64,000 nt of DNA from an uncultured bacterium (GCA_965541615.1 CBEUCJ010000001.1:3754-67753), one strand, 5' to 3'; counted from the first letter of the stretch, positions 42,185 to 52,988 are shown. Notes: generated from the letters alone by a model not told the origin. A program made the numbers and translations.

Positions 42185-43145
42185 AATTTAAAGCTCCCAT
42201 CGTAGATAAACATCCCTTGCAACCATGATAATTAATTTTCTTTATCATTTTAATACGGTTCTTAGTAAATTCATCCCAATTAAAATTCTCAATATTCCCT
42301 AAAGGAGCTGCATGCGGACAAGAATAAATCTCTCCTGTTGCTCTTATAAAGATTAACTTCGAAGGAGTGCAGCATTTTTTTGCTATCTCTTTTTTAACCT
42401 GTCCATTAGATAAATATTCATATAATACTTTTAGCTGATTAATGTTGCAGATAGGTTGTTTATCTTCAAATATTTTTTCTATCTCTTCTTTACATATTTC
42501 TTTCCAATTAGGATCTTTCTCTTTAATATTTATTTTTGAGTTATAATGATAGTAAGAAGGAGTATTCTCTGAAAATATTTCAAACTCAACATTACAACCA
42601 ATTTTTTTAGAAAGTGTATAAACAGAATAAATATCAGAAGCATTAAAAGGATTTATAACAAAATTAACAGTTGTATCTATTCCTCTTTTAACTAAAATTC
42701 TAATCGTTTCTAACACTTTCCAAAAAACTGGTTTACCCCGTAAGTAATTATGCGTACTTTCTAATCCATCTAGACTTACATTGAATGACATTCTTTCTAA
42801 GAATTCATCTGATAAAGAATATACAAATCTTTTAACCTGCAAAGGTAATGTTCCATTAGTAGTTATATTAAAATGTTTTATTTTGCCTCGCAAAATGTAG
42901 AGATAAAGAGATTTAAAAAAATTATTTAATAATTCCTCTTTAATAAATGGCTCTCCACCTGTAATACCAAGACAAGAAATACACTGTAAATTTTGAAGTA
43001 TAAGAGAAATAACTTTGTATAACTTTAAAAGATTAATATCTTTTTCCTTCTCTTTCCAAATATTACACAATTTACATTGCAAATTGCATTTATTAGTTAG
43101 CATTACTAAAACCCAAGGTTCAAATATACTATTTTTTCCGTGCAT
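42174..43145 (-). CDS. Radical SAM/Twitch protein (paralog group C)
   Basis: CNLQCKLCNIW, TGGEPF, TNG, SLDG...HNYLRG, CCTP...GEIYSC...CKGC. Confidence 0.9.
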   Translation of the reverse strand: MHGKNSIFEPWVLVMLTNKCNLQCKLCNIWKEKEKDINLLKLYKVISLILQNLQCISCLGITGGEPFIKEELLNNFFKSLYLYILRGKIKHFNITTNGTLPLQVKRFVYSLSDEFLERMSFNVSLDGLESTHNYLRGKPVFWKVLETIRILVKRGIDTTVNFVINPFNASDIYSVYTLSKKIGCNVEFEIFSENTPSYYHYNSKINIKEKDPNWKEICKEEIEKIFEDKQPICNINQLKVLYEYLSNGQVKKEIAKKCCTPSKLIFIRATGEIYSCPHAAPLGNIENFNWDEFTKNRIKMIKKINYHGCKGCLSTMGALNYVL

Positions 43146-44244
43146 AAAAATTTTTTATCTCTTTACACACCCTAACTGCTTCTCCAGGTTCCATATAAGA
43201 AAACAACGGTAATCTTAATCCCATTTTCCAGCATTTAAATGCCACATTAAATTCATTATAATTGAACTTTCCAAATTTTTTAAATACCACCAAAGGAGGA
43301 TAAGAAGATTCACAAACTATGCCTTTTCTGTAAAGATATTTAATGAGAGAATCTCTCTTCTCAGCAAGAATAAAAAAGCAAGGTCTCACTGTTACACTAT
43401 CATCTGAATCAGGAAAAATAGTGACTTCATTTACCTCTCTAAGCTCTTTCTCATAAATCTTTCTTAATAGAATCTTTTTCTCTTCTATCTCATTGAAATG
43501 TTTCAGTTTAACATAAACAGTCAAAGCATCTAAGAAACTAATGTTATGAAACTTTCTATCCAGTTTGAATAGTCCATTTCTACCTTTAAAGATATCTAAA
43601 AAGTTCTCTCTTATCCTTTCTTTATCATTTTTATTTTTCAATAATACTGCTCCTCCATTGCCAGAAAAAGAAGAAATCGTTTTAGCGTAACTGAAACTAA
43701 GTGTTCCTATATCTCCAAAGCTACCAACTCTTTTATTTTTATATTTTGTCCCTATAGCCTGACATGCATTATCAATAATTTTTATATTATACTCCTTAGC
43801 AATATTAACTATCTCATCTATTTTACAACTATGCCCAAACATATGTACCATAATTATCACCTTTGTCTTTGGAGTAATTTTTCTTTTCAACTTTCCAGCA
43901 TCTATTAGCATATCTTCTTCAGAGATATCCACAGGAACAACCTTTGCTCCTGTATACCAAATTGCCAATGCTACAGAAATGTAAGTCGTTGCCGGTATGA
44001 TAACTTCATCTCCTTTCTTTACATTAAGAGATAATAAAGAAAGTTGAATAGCATCTGTCCCAGAATTTACCAAAAGAGTATCTTCTACTCCCATAAATTC
44101 TGCAATACTTTTCTCACATTTTCTCAAAAAATTAATATAACCGTCTACCTCCTCAATATTCTTAACTTCTTTAATTAAATACTTTATGTATTCTTTAAGC
44201 AACAATTTATCTGCCCTATTAGCTGTAATAGAAATCTTATCCAT
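43129..44244 (-). CDS. DegT/DnrJ/EryC1/StrS-family PLP aminotransferase
   Basis: VNSGTDA, GDEVI, VHMFG, SFSYAK, LRLPLF. The usual EDAAQ motif reads DNACQ. Confidence 0.88.
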   Translation of the reverse strand: MDKISITANRADKLLLKEYIKYLIKEVKNIEEVDGYINFLRKCEKSIAEFMGVEDTLLVNSGTDAIQLSLLSLNVKKGDEVIIPATTYISVALAIWYTGAKVVPVDISEEDMLIDAGKLKRKITPKTKVIIMVHMFGHSCKIDEIVNIAKEYNIKIIDNACQAIGTKYKNKRVGSFGDIGTLSFSYAKTISSFSGNGGAVLLKNKNDKERIRENFLDIFKGRNGLFKLDRKFHNISFLDALTVYVKLKHFNEIEEKKILLRKIYEKELREVNEVTIFPDSDDSVTVRPCFFILAEKRDSLIKYLYRKGIVCESSYPPLVVFKKFGKFNYNEFNVAFKCWKMGLRLPLFSYMEPGEAVRVCKEIKNFYARKK

Positions 44245-44260
44245 ATCTATAATTTCATAT

Positions 44261-45112
44261 CTATAATTTTATGTTTAAGTTTATTTGAATTAATCTTTCA
44301 TCTTTTATGACATAAGAAAACCATCCAATGTTTAAATAAAAATTATATTCACATTTACAATAAGAATTTAATATTTCAATCAAAGATTTTTTCCATTTTA
44401 TATCCTCTAAAAATATTCTAAAGATGTCAGCACATCTAACAATAGGTTTATCTACCATCCAGCCTATCTGTTCAAAAACTTCGTTTGAACACTCTACAAT
44501 ATAAGACTGTTCTCCTCGAAAAGGTTTTGCTTTAACTTTTTCAAATAAAGAAAAGAAATCTTTTCTTAAAATTTTAGAAATAAAATAATCTTCTCTTAAG
44601 TTAAAAGAAAAAGTTACTTTTTTAACCTTCTTGTTATTGCAACAGAATCCTATCATATAGTAATTATCTTCATCTAAAAAATGCACAATTCTTTTCATTT
44701 TCTTTATTATTATACGGCAATCTATTTTAAATTCTTTCTTAATGCAAGAAATAATCTTAGGGATTAAATCTACCTTATTGTTTTTAAATTCTAAATAAAA
44801 TTCATCAATTACTGTCTTTTCATTAATGCCTACTATAAAAATATCTACTAAATGTAAATAATAAGATAACAATTTTTTCAAAAACACTGCTTCAGGGAAT
44901 AAAAGTATATCTTCAGGAGAATATAAATCAAACCAGAGAGTAACAGTATCTTTATAATTATCTGATCTAATTATTAAGGTAATATCAGGGACATATTTTT
45001 TGTTCTCAAGAAGATTTTTAAAAATATATTTTTTTATCTTAGCAGGATAATTTTTAATTAGAGAATTGTATAATATTATCTTTCTAATCTTATCTTTCTT
45101 TTGAATATCCAT
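44261..45112 (-). CDS. Hypothetical protein
   Basis: 283-aa ORF co-oriented within the operon; no motif recognised. Confidence 0.55.
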   Translation of the reverse strand: MDIQKKDKIRKIILYNSLIKNYPAKIKKYIFKNLLENKKYVPDITLIIRSDNYKDTVTLWFDLYSPEDILLFPEAVFLKKLLSYYLHLVDIFIVGINEKTVIDEFYLEFKNNKVDLIPKIISCIKKEFKIDCRIIIKKMKRIVHFLDEDNYYMIGFCCNNKKVKKVTFSFNLREDYFISKILRKDFFSLFEKVKAKPFRGEQSYIVECSNEVFEQIGWMVDKPIVRCADIFRIFLEDIKWKKSLIEILNSYCKCEYNFYLNIGWFSYVIKDERLIQINLNIKL

Positions 45113-45180
45113 TTTGTCTTTGCTACTTTTTTACATTCTTTTCTTATTCTCTAAAAATCTTTTCTTTTTAAAACAATTTA

Positions 45181-46383
45181 TTACACTAAAGAATTTAGAA
45201 GTTTTATAGTATTAGCTATCCCAGAAAACCAGTCTTTATTAATTTTTATATTCTCATTTTTCGCCTCTAACAATTCTTTAACTTCTTTTTCAAATAAAGA
45301 AAAGGTAAAATCATTTTTCTCAATCACTCGTGAACACAAATACTTTTCTACTTCTTTCGCTCTCCATCTTTGCTCAGTAGTATAGTAAGGTAAAATTAAA
45401 GACTTTTTTTTATAATATAACAATCTTACTATTGTATTGTAACCTGCCATATTTATGCTCAAATCACATTCTTTAAGATGGGCATCGAAAAAAGAGTGAG
45501 GTAAAAATTTTATCAATCTAACATTTTTTAAGTTTTTGGAAAACTTTTTATACTCCTTTAACTCTTCTGAAGATGTAGCAGGTCCACAGCAAATAACAAA
45601 AGAAAGATCTTTATTATTTTTCGCAAGGAGTAGAGAAGCCAAAATTATTTTTTTATTTACTATTCCTCCACCTCTACTCACCAATATTAATCTCTTTTTT
45701 TTCTTTTTTAGAAATGGAAATTTCAAATCTTTTTTATTGTATTTTTCTTTAGGGAAAGTATCTAATATAAAACCAGTAAAAAAAATCTTTTTTGAAAATT
45801 CCTTAAAAACTTTTGAAATCTCCTCTACTCCTTTAGGATGTAAATATTTATAATATCTGAGGCAAAATTCTGCTGGAGAGTGAATAAGTATTAAATCATA
45901 AAAATCTTTAACATATTCGTAAAGATTCTCACTCCAACTTAGATATCCACAACTGCTAACTATTTTGCAATTAGTTTTCTTTTTTAAATATTCAAGTATG
46001 TAAGGAATTTCAAAAGACCAAAATTCCTTTCCAAAAGGAAAATATTCAGTAATGAAAACATCAGGCTTTTGCTTTGCTACTATCTTTTTCATAAGCGAAA
46101 GTCTTTCTTTCAACATCTCTTCCATCTTCTTATGAATTACCATCTTTTCATAAATCTTTCTACTTTCTTCTATAAAAAGACCTCTTTTATCCAAAGAATA
46201 AGGAAGTAAATACACTTTAGCAAAATTCGACAAAGGTATAAATCTTTGCTTTTTCCCACCCTGCAATATAGTAATCTCTATTCTCCTTCCATAAAATTCT
46301 TTTAGAGCTTTCACTATAGAGAATATCCGAGTAGAATGTCCTAAAGTATTGTAATGATTAAAATAAAAAATTACCCTGAACAT
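45181..46383 (-). CDS. GT-B glycosyltransferase (GT28 C-terminal-like, COG4671 type)
   Basis: HYNTLGHSTR, FITEYFPFG, FTG, LVSRGGG, CGP, MAGYNT, EQRWRA. Confidence 0.82.
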   Translation of the reverse strand: MFRVIFYFNHYNTLGHSTRIFSIVKALKEFYGRRIEITILQGGKKQRFIPLSNFAKVYLLPYSLDKRGLFIEESRKIYEKMVIHKKMEEMLKERLSLMKKIVAKQKPDVFITEYFPFGKEFWSFEIPYILEYLKKKTNCKIVSSCGYLSWSENLYEYVKDFYDLILIHSPAEFCLRYYKYLHPKGVEEISKVFKEFSKKIFFTGFILDTFPKEKYNKKDLKFPFLKKKKKRLILVSRGGGIVNKKIILASLLLAKNNKDLSFVICCGPATSSEELKEYKKFSKNLKNVRLIKFLPHSFFDAHLKECDLSINMAGYNTIVRLLYYKKKSLILPYYTTEQRWRAKEVEKYLCSRVIEKNDFTFSLFEKEVKELLEAKNENIKINKDWFSGIANTIKLLNSLV

Positions 46384-46406
46384 CTAAGACTCAAAATAAA
46401 ATTACT

Positions 46407-47615
46407 TTATTTTAATAAATCTTTGTCAAGAAAAGATAAAAACTCTTTTAAAAATAATTCTTCATCACAAAACCATTCTTTGTTTATACTTACAGCTTTT
46501 TCACTCATTGAATAGATTAAACTTTTTTCTATCTCTTTTTTTAACTTCAAAGGTGTAAGCAAAAAATAATCTAAAACACTTACTCCCATAATATCTCTAA
46601 GTAATTTTGCTCTTGCTATTTGTTCTTTATAGTCTCCGTTTTTTTTATATCCTTTAAAAGGGATTAATATGGCTCTCTTTTTAAAATATATAATAGCAAC
46701 ACAAGTATTATAAGAGCCTGTAGATATACACACATGAGATTCTCTGAGCAAATCTTTTAGATTAGATGCGTATTTTACTAAAGAAGCATTTTTAACAACC
46801 TTTTTACTAAATAAACTGCAAAAATACCTCCACTCTTTTTGAGAAGTAGAAGGACCTGCTACGATTATAAAATGAAATTTCTCATTTAACAAATCACTTG
46901 CTTTTATAGCGCACGAAATTATTTTAGGATAATAAGCACCTCCTCCCCTAGTAACTAACACTTTGATCTTATTTTGTTTGAAATTTAATTTAACAGGCTC
47001 TTTAAATTTTAACTTTGAGGGGAGTAGATACCCTGTAAACACAATTTTATGAGAGTACTTTTCAAATATATTTAAATATTTTTCTCTTTCAATTTTATTC
47101 TTATAAAGTTCAGAAATATAAAACATCTCTTCTTTGGGAGAGTGAATGAAAATTTTCTTATAAAAATGAACAAAAGTCTCAAAATCAGCAATAGATTTTT
47201 TAGAAATAACAGGGTATCCTGCACTAGAGAATATCGGTTTCCCTTTTTTCTTAAAATCAGATAAAACAGGTAACAACTCATATTTACATAGATTTCTTCC
47301 TAAAGGAAAAAACTCAGTAATAAATACAGAAAAATCAAATTTTTTCATAAGATTAAAAAGGAAGATAGCTCTTTTTAATAATACCTCTTTATTTATTTCA
47401 TAGTTTCCATAAAAAGATCGACGAGTAAATAGAGAAAATGGAAGAGGAAGAATTTTAACATACGAAGGAAACCTTAAATAAGAATGTGGTAGACTTGCTT
47501 GGATAAAATAAAAATCACTTGAAATCCTTTTTTTTAATACTCTTAATAGGGATAGTAATCTACTTGTGTGTCCTAAACACTCATAATGAGCATAATAAAA
47601 ACCTATTCTACCCAA
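46407..47615 (-). CDS. GT-B glycosyltransferase (GT28 C-terminal-like, COG4671 type)
   Basis: HYECLGHTSR, FITEFFPLGR, FTGY, LVTRGGG, AGP, GSYNT, EQIARA. Confidence 0.82.
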   Translation of the reverse strand: MGRIGFYYAHYECLGHTSRLLSLLRVLKKRISSDFYFIQASLPHSYLRFPSYVKILPLPFSLFTRRSFYGNYEINKEVLLKRAIFLFNLMKKFDFSVFITEFFPLGRNLCKYELLPVLSDFKKKGKPIFSSAGYPVISKKSIADFETFVHFYKKIFIHSPKEEMFYISELYKNKIEREKYLNIFEKYSHKIVFTGYLLPSKLKFKEPVKLNFKQNKIKVLVTRGGGAYYPKIISCAIKASDLLNEKFHFIIVAGPSTSQKEWRYFCSLFSKKVVKNASLVKYASNLKDLLRESHVCISTGSYNTCVAIIYFKKRAILIPFKGYKKNGDYKEQIARAKLLRDIMGVSVLDYFLLTPLKLKKEIEKSLIYSMSEKAVSINKEWFCDEELFLKEFLSFLDKDLLK

Positions 47616-47814
47616 AAGAATCTATCAGAAATTTTTTAATAAAATCTCTCTCCTTTTTACCCTTCCTTAGAACTACAACTACTTTTCTTTCTCATTTTTC
47701 TAAACCATTGTATCTCTCAAGATGAGAATCGTCAACATTGAGAGTTGTAAGACTAACAGTCAAATGCAACTTGAAAAAATTAAAGAACTTGAATTCGCTA
47801 ATCATTAAATTAAA

Positions 47815-48870
47815 ATGGTAACAGGAATAATTATGAAAAATAAACTCATATTAGACATTTTGCAAAATAAAGTAAATTATGGACCACAAATAGCAAATAT
47901 CTATATCAATTCTCAATGTAATTTGAAATGTGAATACTGCTGGTTTCATTCTTTTCTTAATAAAAAAAAGATGCCAAATAGAATTATTCCTTTTTCAGCT
48001 ATTCAGAAAAATATAAATGAACTAAAAGAATTAGGAACAAAATACATAGTATTAAGCTCTCATGGCGAACCATGGCTTCATCCTCAGATTCAGAGTATAA
48101 TATCCTATATAAAAAATCAAGGACTTTATTTAAGAATAACCACTAATCTTACTTTTAAAGAGAAAAAATTACGCTTACTCTTTGCCCGAGCAGATTTTTT
48201 AGCTGTAAACTTTTCTGCTCCTGAAAAAGAATTATATAAAAAAATTCATTCCCCCTCTAATTCTTCTACTTTTGAAACAGTAGTAGAAAATCTTAGTCTC
48301 TATTCTAGTTTGTATAGAAAAAGGAAAAAACCCTTTGTAGAAGTAAGGTATATAATTACCAAAAATAATTACAGGTATATAGACAAGATGCTTAAATTAG
48401 CCAAAAAATTAAGAATACCTCAAATAAGATTCAGAATTTTTGATCCTACTCCTTCTACAAGAACCCTTCTTTTAAGTAAAGAAGACTACTTATCTTTAAA
48501 AAATATGATTAAAAGAATTCTTAAAAAATATTCTAATTGCAAAACCAATTTAGAAAAACTTTATGAACATATTGGAAATGAAGGAAAGGTAAACTTCCAA
48601 CTCAATAGATGCTTTGTAGGATGGTTAAGAATCTCTTTAGAGTTAAATGGAAAGATTGGTTTTTGCTGTCAAAATGATAAACTTATAATTGGAAATTGGA
48701 AAAAAGACTCTATAAAAAAAGCTTGGTTTAGTGACATTGCAAATAAATTAAGGAAAAAATTAAAATACGATTTTAATTTCAAAAAAAGAGAATGGAAAAA
48801 TTGTCTTTTTTGTTTCATGGAAGAAGAAAATCTTTATATAGATTCAATATTAAAAAAATTTGGTGAATGA
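47815..48870 (+). CDS. Radical SAM/SPASM-Twitch protein (paralog group A)
   Basis: CNLKCEYCWFHS, HGEPWLHP, CFVGW...IGFCC...IIGNW...CLFC. Confidence 0.9.
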   Translation: MVTGIIMKNKLILDILQNKVNYGPQIANIYINSQCNLKCEYCWFHSFLNKKKMPNRIIPFSAIQKNINELKELGTKYIVLSSHGEPWLHPQIQSIISYIKNQGLYLRITTNLTFKEKKLRLLFARADFLAVNFSAPEKELYKKIHSPSNSSTFETVVENLSLYSSLYRKRKKPFVEVRYIITKNNYRYIDKMLKLAKKLRIPQIRFRIFDPTPSTRTLLLSKEDYLSLKNMIKRILKKYSNCKTNLEKLYEHIGNEGKVNFQLNRCFVGWLRISLELNGKIGFCCQNDKLIIGNWKKDSIKKAWFSDIANKLRKKLKYDFNFKKREWKNCLFCFMEEENLYIDSILKKFGE

Positions 48871-49946
48871 ATTTATTAGACCAATTAAGAATAATCAGTA
48901 TCCATAAAGATAAATTACTGGTTGGTCCAAAATCTATATATATAGATATAAATACAGAATGCAATCTAAATTGTAACTTTTGTTGGATACATTCTCCTTT
49001 AAATAAAAAACCTCTTTATAAAAAACCTCTTTTACTTAGTTTTGAAGATATTAAAAAAATTATAGACAAAGCTTATGAATGGCGCTGTGAAGAGTTAATT
49101 ATCTCTGGAGATGGAGAACCTACACTCCATCCTGAATTTAAAGAAATAGTAAGATACATAATCAAAAAAAATTTCAGAGTATTTCTCACTACAAACGCTA
49201 CCTTTAACAAAGAATTACTAAACTCAATATTGAATATAGATTATCTTTACATTACTTTTTCTGCTCCCCAAAAAGATTTATATTTCAAAATTCAATCACC
49301 TAAAAATCCTTATATGTATGAAAAGGTATTGAGAAATATCAAAATATTAAGCAAATTTAAAGAAAAATATAAAAGACCTTATCTAAATATAGCTTTCATT
49401 ATAAATAAAACTAATTATAAAACCATTCCAGATATGCTTAAATTAGGAGAAAAATTAAAAATAGACAAAATAACTTTCAGAATTATGGAAACTACCCCTT
49501 ATACAAAGAAACTCTCTCTCAGTAAGCAAGAAAAACAAGAGTTAATAAAAATAATAACAAAAACATTAAAATATAAAACAAATCTCATCCATAATTTAAA
49601 AGAAATAAAAGAGGGGATTTTAAAATACAATAAGAGTCCTTTCAAATTAAAAAGCTGTTTTACTGGATGGTTTAACCTATTCATAGATTTTAATAAAAAT
49701 GTGGGATTGTGCTGCCACAATGAAAAGTTAATAGTTGGGAATTTAAAAAAGAAATCTTTAGAAGAAATATGGAAAAGTAAATTAGCCCATAAGAAAAGAT
49801 TAATGTGTAAGTATGAATTTAATTTAAAAAAAGAACCTTTTAAAGGGGAATGTCAATGGTGCCATTGGTATAGAGAAAATAGAGAAATTATGGAAAAGTT
49901 ACAAAATCTTCAAAATGATAGAAGAATTAAAAGAAATAACTTTTGA
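48867..49946 (+). CDS. Radical SAM/SPASM-Twitch protein (paralog group A)
   Basis: CNLNCNFCWIHSP, GDGEPTLHP, CFTGW...VGLCC...VGNL...EIW...CQWC. Confidence 0.9.
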   Translation: MNLLDQLRIISIHKDKLLVGPKSIYIDINTECNLNCNFCWIHSPLNKKPLYKKPLLLSFEDIKKIIDKAYEWRCEELIISGDGEPTLHPEFKEIVRYIIKKNFRVFLTTNATFNKELLNSILNIDYLYITFSAPQKDLYFKIQSPKNPYMYEKVLRNIKILSKFKEKYKRPYLNIAFIINKTNYKTIPDMLKLGEKLKIDKITFRIMETTPYTKKLSLSKQEKQELIKIITKTLKYKTNLIHNLKEIKEGILKYNKSPFKLKSCFTGWFNLFIDFNKNVGLCCHNEKLIVGNLKKKSLEEIWKSKLAHKKRLMCKYEFNLKKEPFKGECQWCHWYRENREIMEKLQNLQNDRRIKRNNF

Positions 49947-50865
49947 GATAACTAACCAATGTAACTTAAGATGTAAAATCTGCAGTATATGGAAAGAGAA
50001 AGAAAAAAGAATCTTGCATCTTGACCAAATAAAAAAAGTCTTAGAATCTATTCATAATCCTGTAACAGTATCTTTAACAGGTGGAGAACCTTTTCTGCAT
50101 CCACAAATAAATCAAATATACAGGTATCTATTCAAACTCTTCCTCAAAAAAAAGGTAAAAAACATAGATATTTCCACTAATGGATACTCAACAAAAATAC
50201 TTCAATTCATAAAGATTAATCAAAATTACCTTCAACCTTTATCTTTCTCAATAAGCTTAGATGGAGTTAAAGAAACCCACGATCTTCAAAGAGGCAAAAA
50301 GGGTGCTTTTGAAAATACATTGAAAAACATCTTAGATATAAAAAAATACAACATTCCCATAACTTTAAAATTTGTAATTTCTAAAATAAATTATCGTGAC
50401 TTAATGAAGATATATAAGTTATCAAAAAAAATAAATATACCTTTAGCAGTAAAACTCGTAGAAAGAGTTCCTAATTATTACCATCGTAGCGAAAAAAGAA
50501 AAAAAATTTTGTGGAATAAAAAAGAAATTGAGTTCATAAAAAAAACTTTTGAAGATATTTTAAAAGATTTAAAAAATATAAGAAATAAATTTTTAATCTT
50601 TGTTTTTTTGAACATAAAACACTTCATAGAAGAAAACAATCTTAATTTTATAAAAAGATGTTTAACCCCCAAATATTCTTTATTCATTACTTCTTACGGA
50701 AAAATATACAATTGTCTTTATCAGGAAAGTATAGGAAATATCAAAGACTGGCCAAATTTAAAATGGGAAAAAGCTCACAAAATTTCAAAAAATGCACTTA
50801 AAGGGATCTGCCCTAAGTGCCTTTCTTACCACGGATATTTAAAAGAGTTTAATGTCAAGCATTAA
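49915..50865 (+). CDS. Radical SAM/Twitch protein (paralog group C)
   Basis: CNLRCKICSIW, TGGEPF, SLDG...HDLQRG, CLTP...GKIYNC...CPKC. Confidence 0.9.
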   Translation: MIEELKEITFEITNQCNLRCKICSIWKEKEKRILHLDQIKKVLESIHNPVTVSLTGGEPFLHPQINQIYRYLFKLFLKKKVKNIDISTNGYSTKILQFIKINQNYLQPLSFSISLDGVKETHDLQRGKKGAFENTLKNILDIKKYNIPITLKFVISKINYRDLMKIYKLSKKINIPLAVKLVERVPNYYHRSEKRKKILWNKKEIEFIKKTFEDILKDLKNIRNKFLIFVFLNIKHFIEENNLNFIKRCLTPKYSLFITSYGKIYNCLYQESIGNIKDWPNLKWEKAHKISKNALKGICPKCLSYHGYLKEFNVKH

Positions 50866-51955
50866 AAAATGCAATTATACTTTCTATGATATATTCTGCC
50901 TCTTGCTCTTTCATAAATGAAAATAAAGGTAGATGTATTGCTTTATGATAGTATCTTTCACTGTTAGGAAACTTCCCCTTAGAAAATCTTTTGAAAATAG
51001 ACATCAAATGCAAAGGACAATAAGGCTCCTGCCAAATGATTCCTTTTTCTTTTAAGTACTTACCTAAACTATCTCTTTCCTTAGAAAAAATTACAAAATT
51101 TTGAGGAACAGAAACACTATCTTTTCTATCTTTAAAGATTTTTATACTTTTAATTTTCCCTAATCTCTCTTCATATATTTTTTTTATCTTTAAACGTGAT
51201 TTTATTATTTCCTTCAAATATTTAAATTTAACTTTAATAGAAATCAAATCCAAAAAATACATACGTGAAAATCTTTTTCCAGCATTAAGTAAAACTTCAT
51301 CGTCTTTCCAGATTCTTGTATAATCAAGCAATTTTTTATATCTCTCATTGTTGAAACAAACCATCCCCCCTCCCCCTCCACAACTTGAAAGGGGTTTATA
51401 ATAAGAAAATGAAAAACATGAAATATCTCCAAAAGAACCTAATTTTTTACCTTTATATTCTGAGCTCTCTGCTTGGCAACAATCCTCAATCACATATAAG
51501 TTGTATTCTTTGGCAATCTCTAAAATCTTTTCAATGTTACATGGTCTTGCAAACATATGGACTGCAATGATTGCTTTTGTATTTTTTTTAATATTTTTTT
51601 TGATTAAATTCTCATCTATCTCTAAATCTTCTTCTTTTATATCTACAAAAATAGGCTCTGCTCCTGTATAAATCACACTCAAAGGAACAGCTGGATAAGT
51701 TACATTAGGAAGAATAACACTATCACCTTTGCCTATCCCTAAGGTGAGTAAGCTTAAACACAGAGCATCTGTTCCTGAATTGACTGCAATAGCATATTTT
51801 GTGCCGATATATTTAGCAAAAGTAATCTCAAATTCTTTTAAAAGAAGCTCTATATCATTAATTCCTCTGATTTTTTTTAAATCTTTCTCTAATTGTTGCT
51901 GATACTCTTTGATAAGGGCTCGATCTATTCTATTATCTTCATATCTTATTACCAT
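50855..51955 (-). CDS. DegT/DnrJ/EryC1/StrS-family PLP aminotransferase
   Basis: AVNSGTDAL, VHMFA, IEDCCQA, FSFSYYKPL..GGGGM, IHLPLF. Confidence 0.9.
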   Translation of the reverse strand: MVIRYEDNRIDRALIKEYQQQLEKDLKKIRGINDIELLLKEFEITFAKYIGTKYAIAVNSGTDALCLSLLTLGIGKGDSVILPNVTYPAVPLSVIYTGAEPIFVDIKEEDLEIDENLIKKNIKKNTKAIIAVHMFARPCNIEKILEIAKEYNLYVIEDCCQAESSEYKGKKLGSFGDISCFSFSYYKPLSSCGGGGGMVCFNNERYKKLLDYTRIWKDDEVLLNAGKRFSRMYFLDLISIKVKFKYLKEIIKSRLKIKKIYEERLGKIKSIKIFKDRKDSVSVPQNFVIFSKERDSLGKYLKEKGIIWQEPYCPLHLMSIFKRFSKGKFPNSERYYHKAIHLPLFSFMKEQEAEYIIESIIAFFNA

Positions 51956-52988
51956 TGTTTTTACAAAAAAATAAATCTAATTTCTGAATCTCCTCACATA
52001 AATTTTGATAAACTTTAAATCTCTTCTCTAAATGAGCATCCTTACTTTTATTTAAAATAAGTCCAGCATTAAAATTGCTAAATTCTCTGTAACTTTTCTT
52101 TTCTTTGAAGAAAAATTTAATTTTCTCAAGATACTCTTTAAGATTCTTCTCAAAAATATAGATTTCTTTATTTGTCAATTTCATTATAAAAAAATCTTTC
52201 TGTAGTTCATAAGGGAAAGGTAAATAAGTCCAATTAGGAAGGACAAATCCATCTGGCCTTATAACCAAATCTAAAAAGAAATCGATTTTAAAACTATAGT
52301 CTTTACATACCAAATATTTATGCTCATTTTTTTCATATTCAAGGATTCTAACATATTGCTTAATAAATTCAGAAGCTTCTTTTTCCTTCCACTCTGCTAA
52401 AAAAGCTGGATGGACCTCTATAGCACTTAACCCCAGGGAAACTAATTCTCTAAAATTATTAAACATATACTTTGTCTCCTGAGGATGAACAGTCATTGTA
52501 GGAGTTAAAGTTAATTTATATTTTATCAGTAATTCTAAATTTTTTATACATTTATTAAAGCTTTCTCTATCAAGACCTTTTCTATGTCTAAAATTAGTCA
52601 AGAAACCTCCGTCTATACCTGGTTCTATAATCACATTATTCTCTTTTAAAAATTTTATTTTTTGAACACTCAAAAAATATAAATTTGTCTGTAAAGTAAT
52701 TTTGCTCTCTGAATGATAAATACGAACGTATTCTATTAAATCTTTCACAAAATTCCAACATAATAAAGGTTCTCCTCCAGAGATTACGAAATCATAATTT
52801 TTATTCGCAGGTAACATTCTTAATAAAGATAGTGCCTGTGAAAACTTAAGATTCTTTTTCCCTTCTCTTTTAAAAAAACAGTAATCACAATTTAAATTAC
52901 ATTTTTCTGTAATAAAGAGCCAAATGTTTCCTATTTTGAGTTTTTTAAAAATCTGATCGTTTTCTAAAATTTTTAAGACACCTTTCAT
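51939..52988 (-). CDS. Radical SAM protein without SPASM cysteines (paralog group B)
   Basis: ITEKCNLNCDYC, SGGEPLL, QTN, GIDG, TMTVHP. Confidence 0.88.
   Translation of the reverse strand: MKGVLKILENDQIFKKLKIGNIWLFITEKCNLNCDYCFFKREGKKNLKFSQALSLLRMLPANKNYDFVISGGEPLLCWNFVKDLIEYVRIYHSESKITLQTNLYFLSVQKIKFLKENNVIIEPGIDGGFLTNFRHRKGLDRESFNKCIKNLELLIKYKLTLTPTMTVHPQETKYMFNNFRELVSLGLSAIEVHPAFLAEWKEKEASEFIKQYVRILEYEKNEHKYLVCKDYSFKIDFFLDLVIRPDGFVLPNWTYLPFPYELQKDFFIMKLTNKEIYIFEKNLKEYLEKIKFFFKEKKSYREFSNFNAGLILNKSKDAHLEKRFKVYQNLCEEIQKLDLFFCKNNGNKI

Noticed and set aside
47616-47814. Possible small peptide or structured RNA in the divergent gap
   Set aside because: Frames are short or interrupted, there are no His repeats, and only a weak imperfect hairpin (AGTTG...CAACT) is present; most likely a promoter region.
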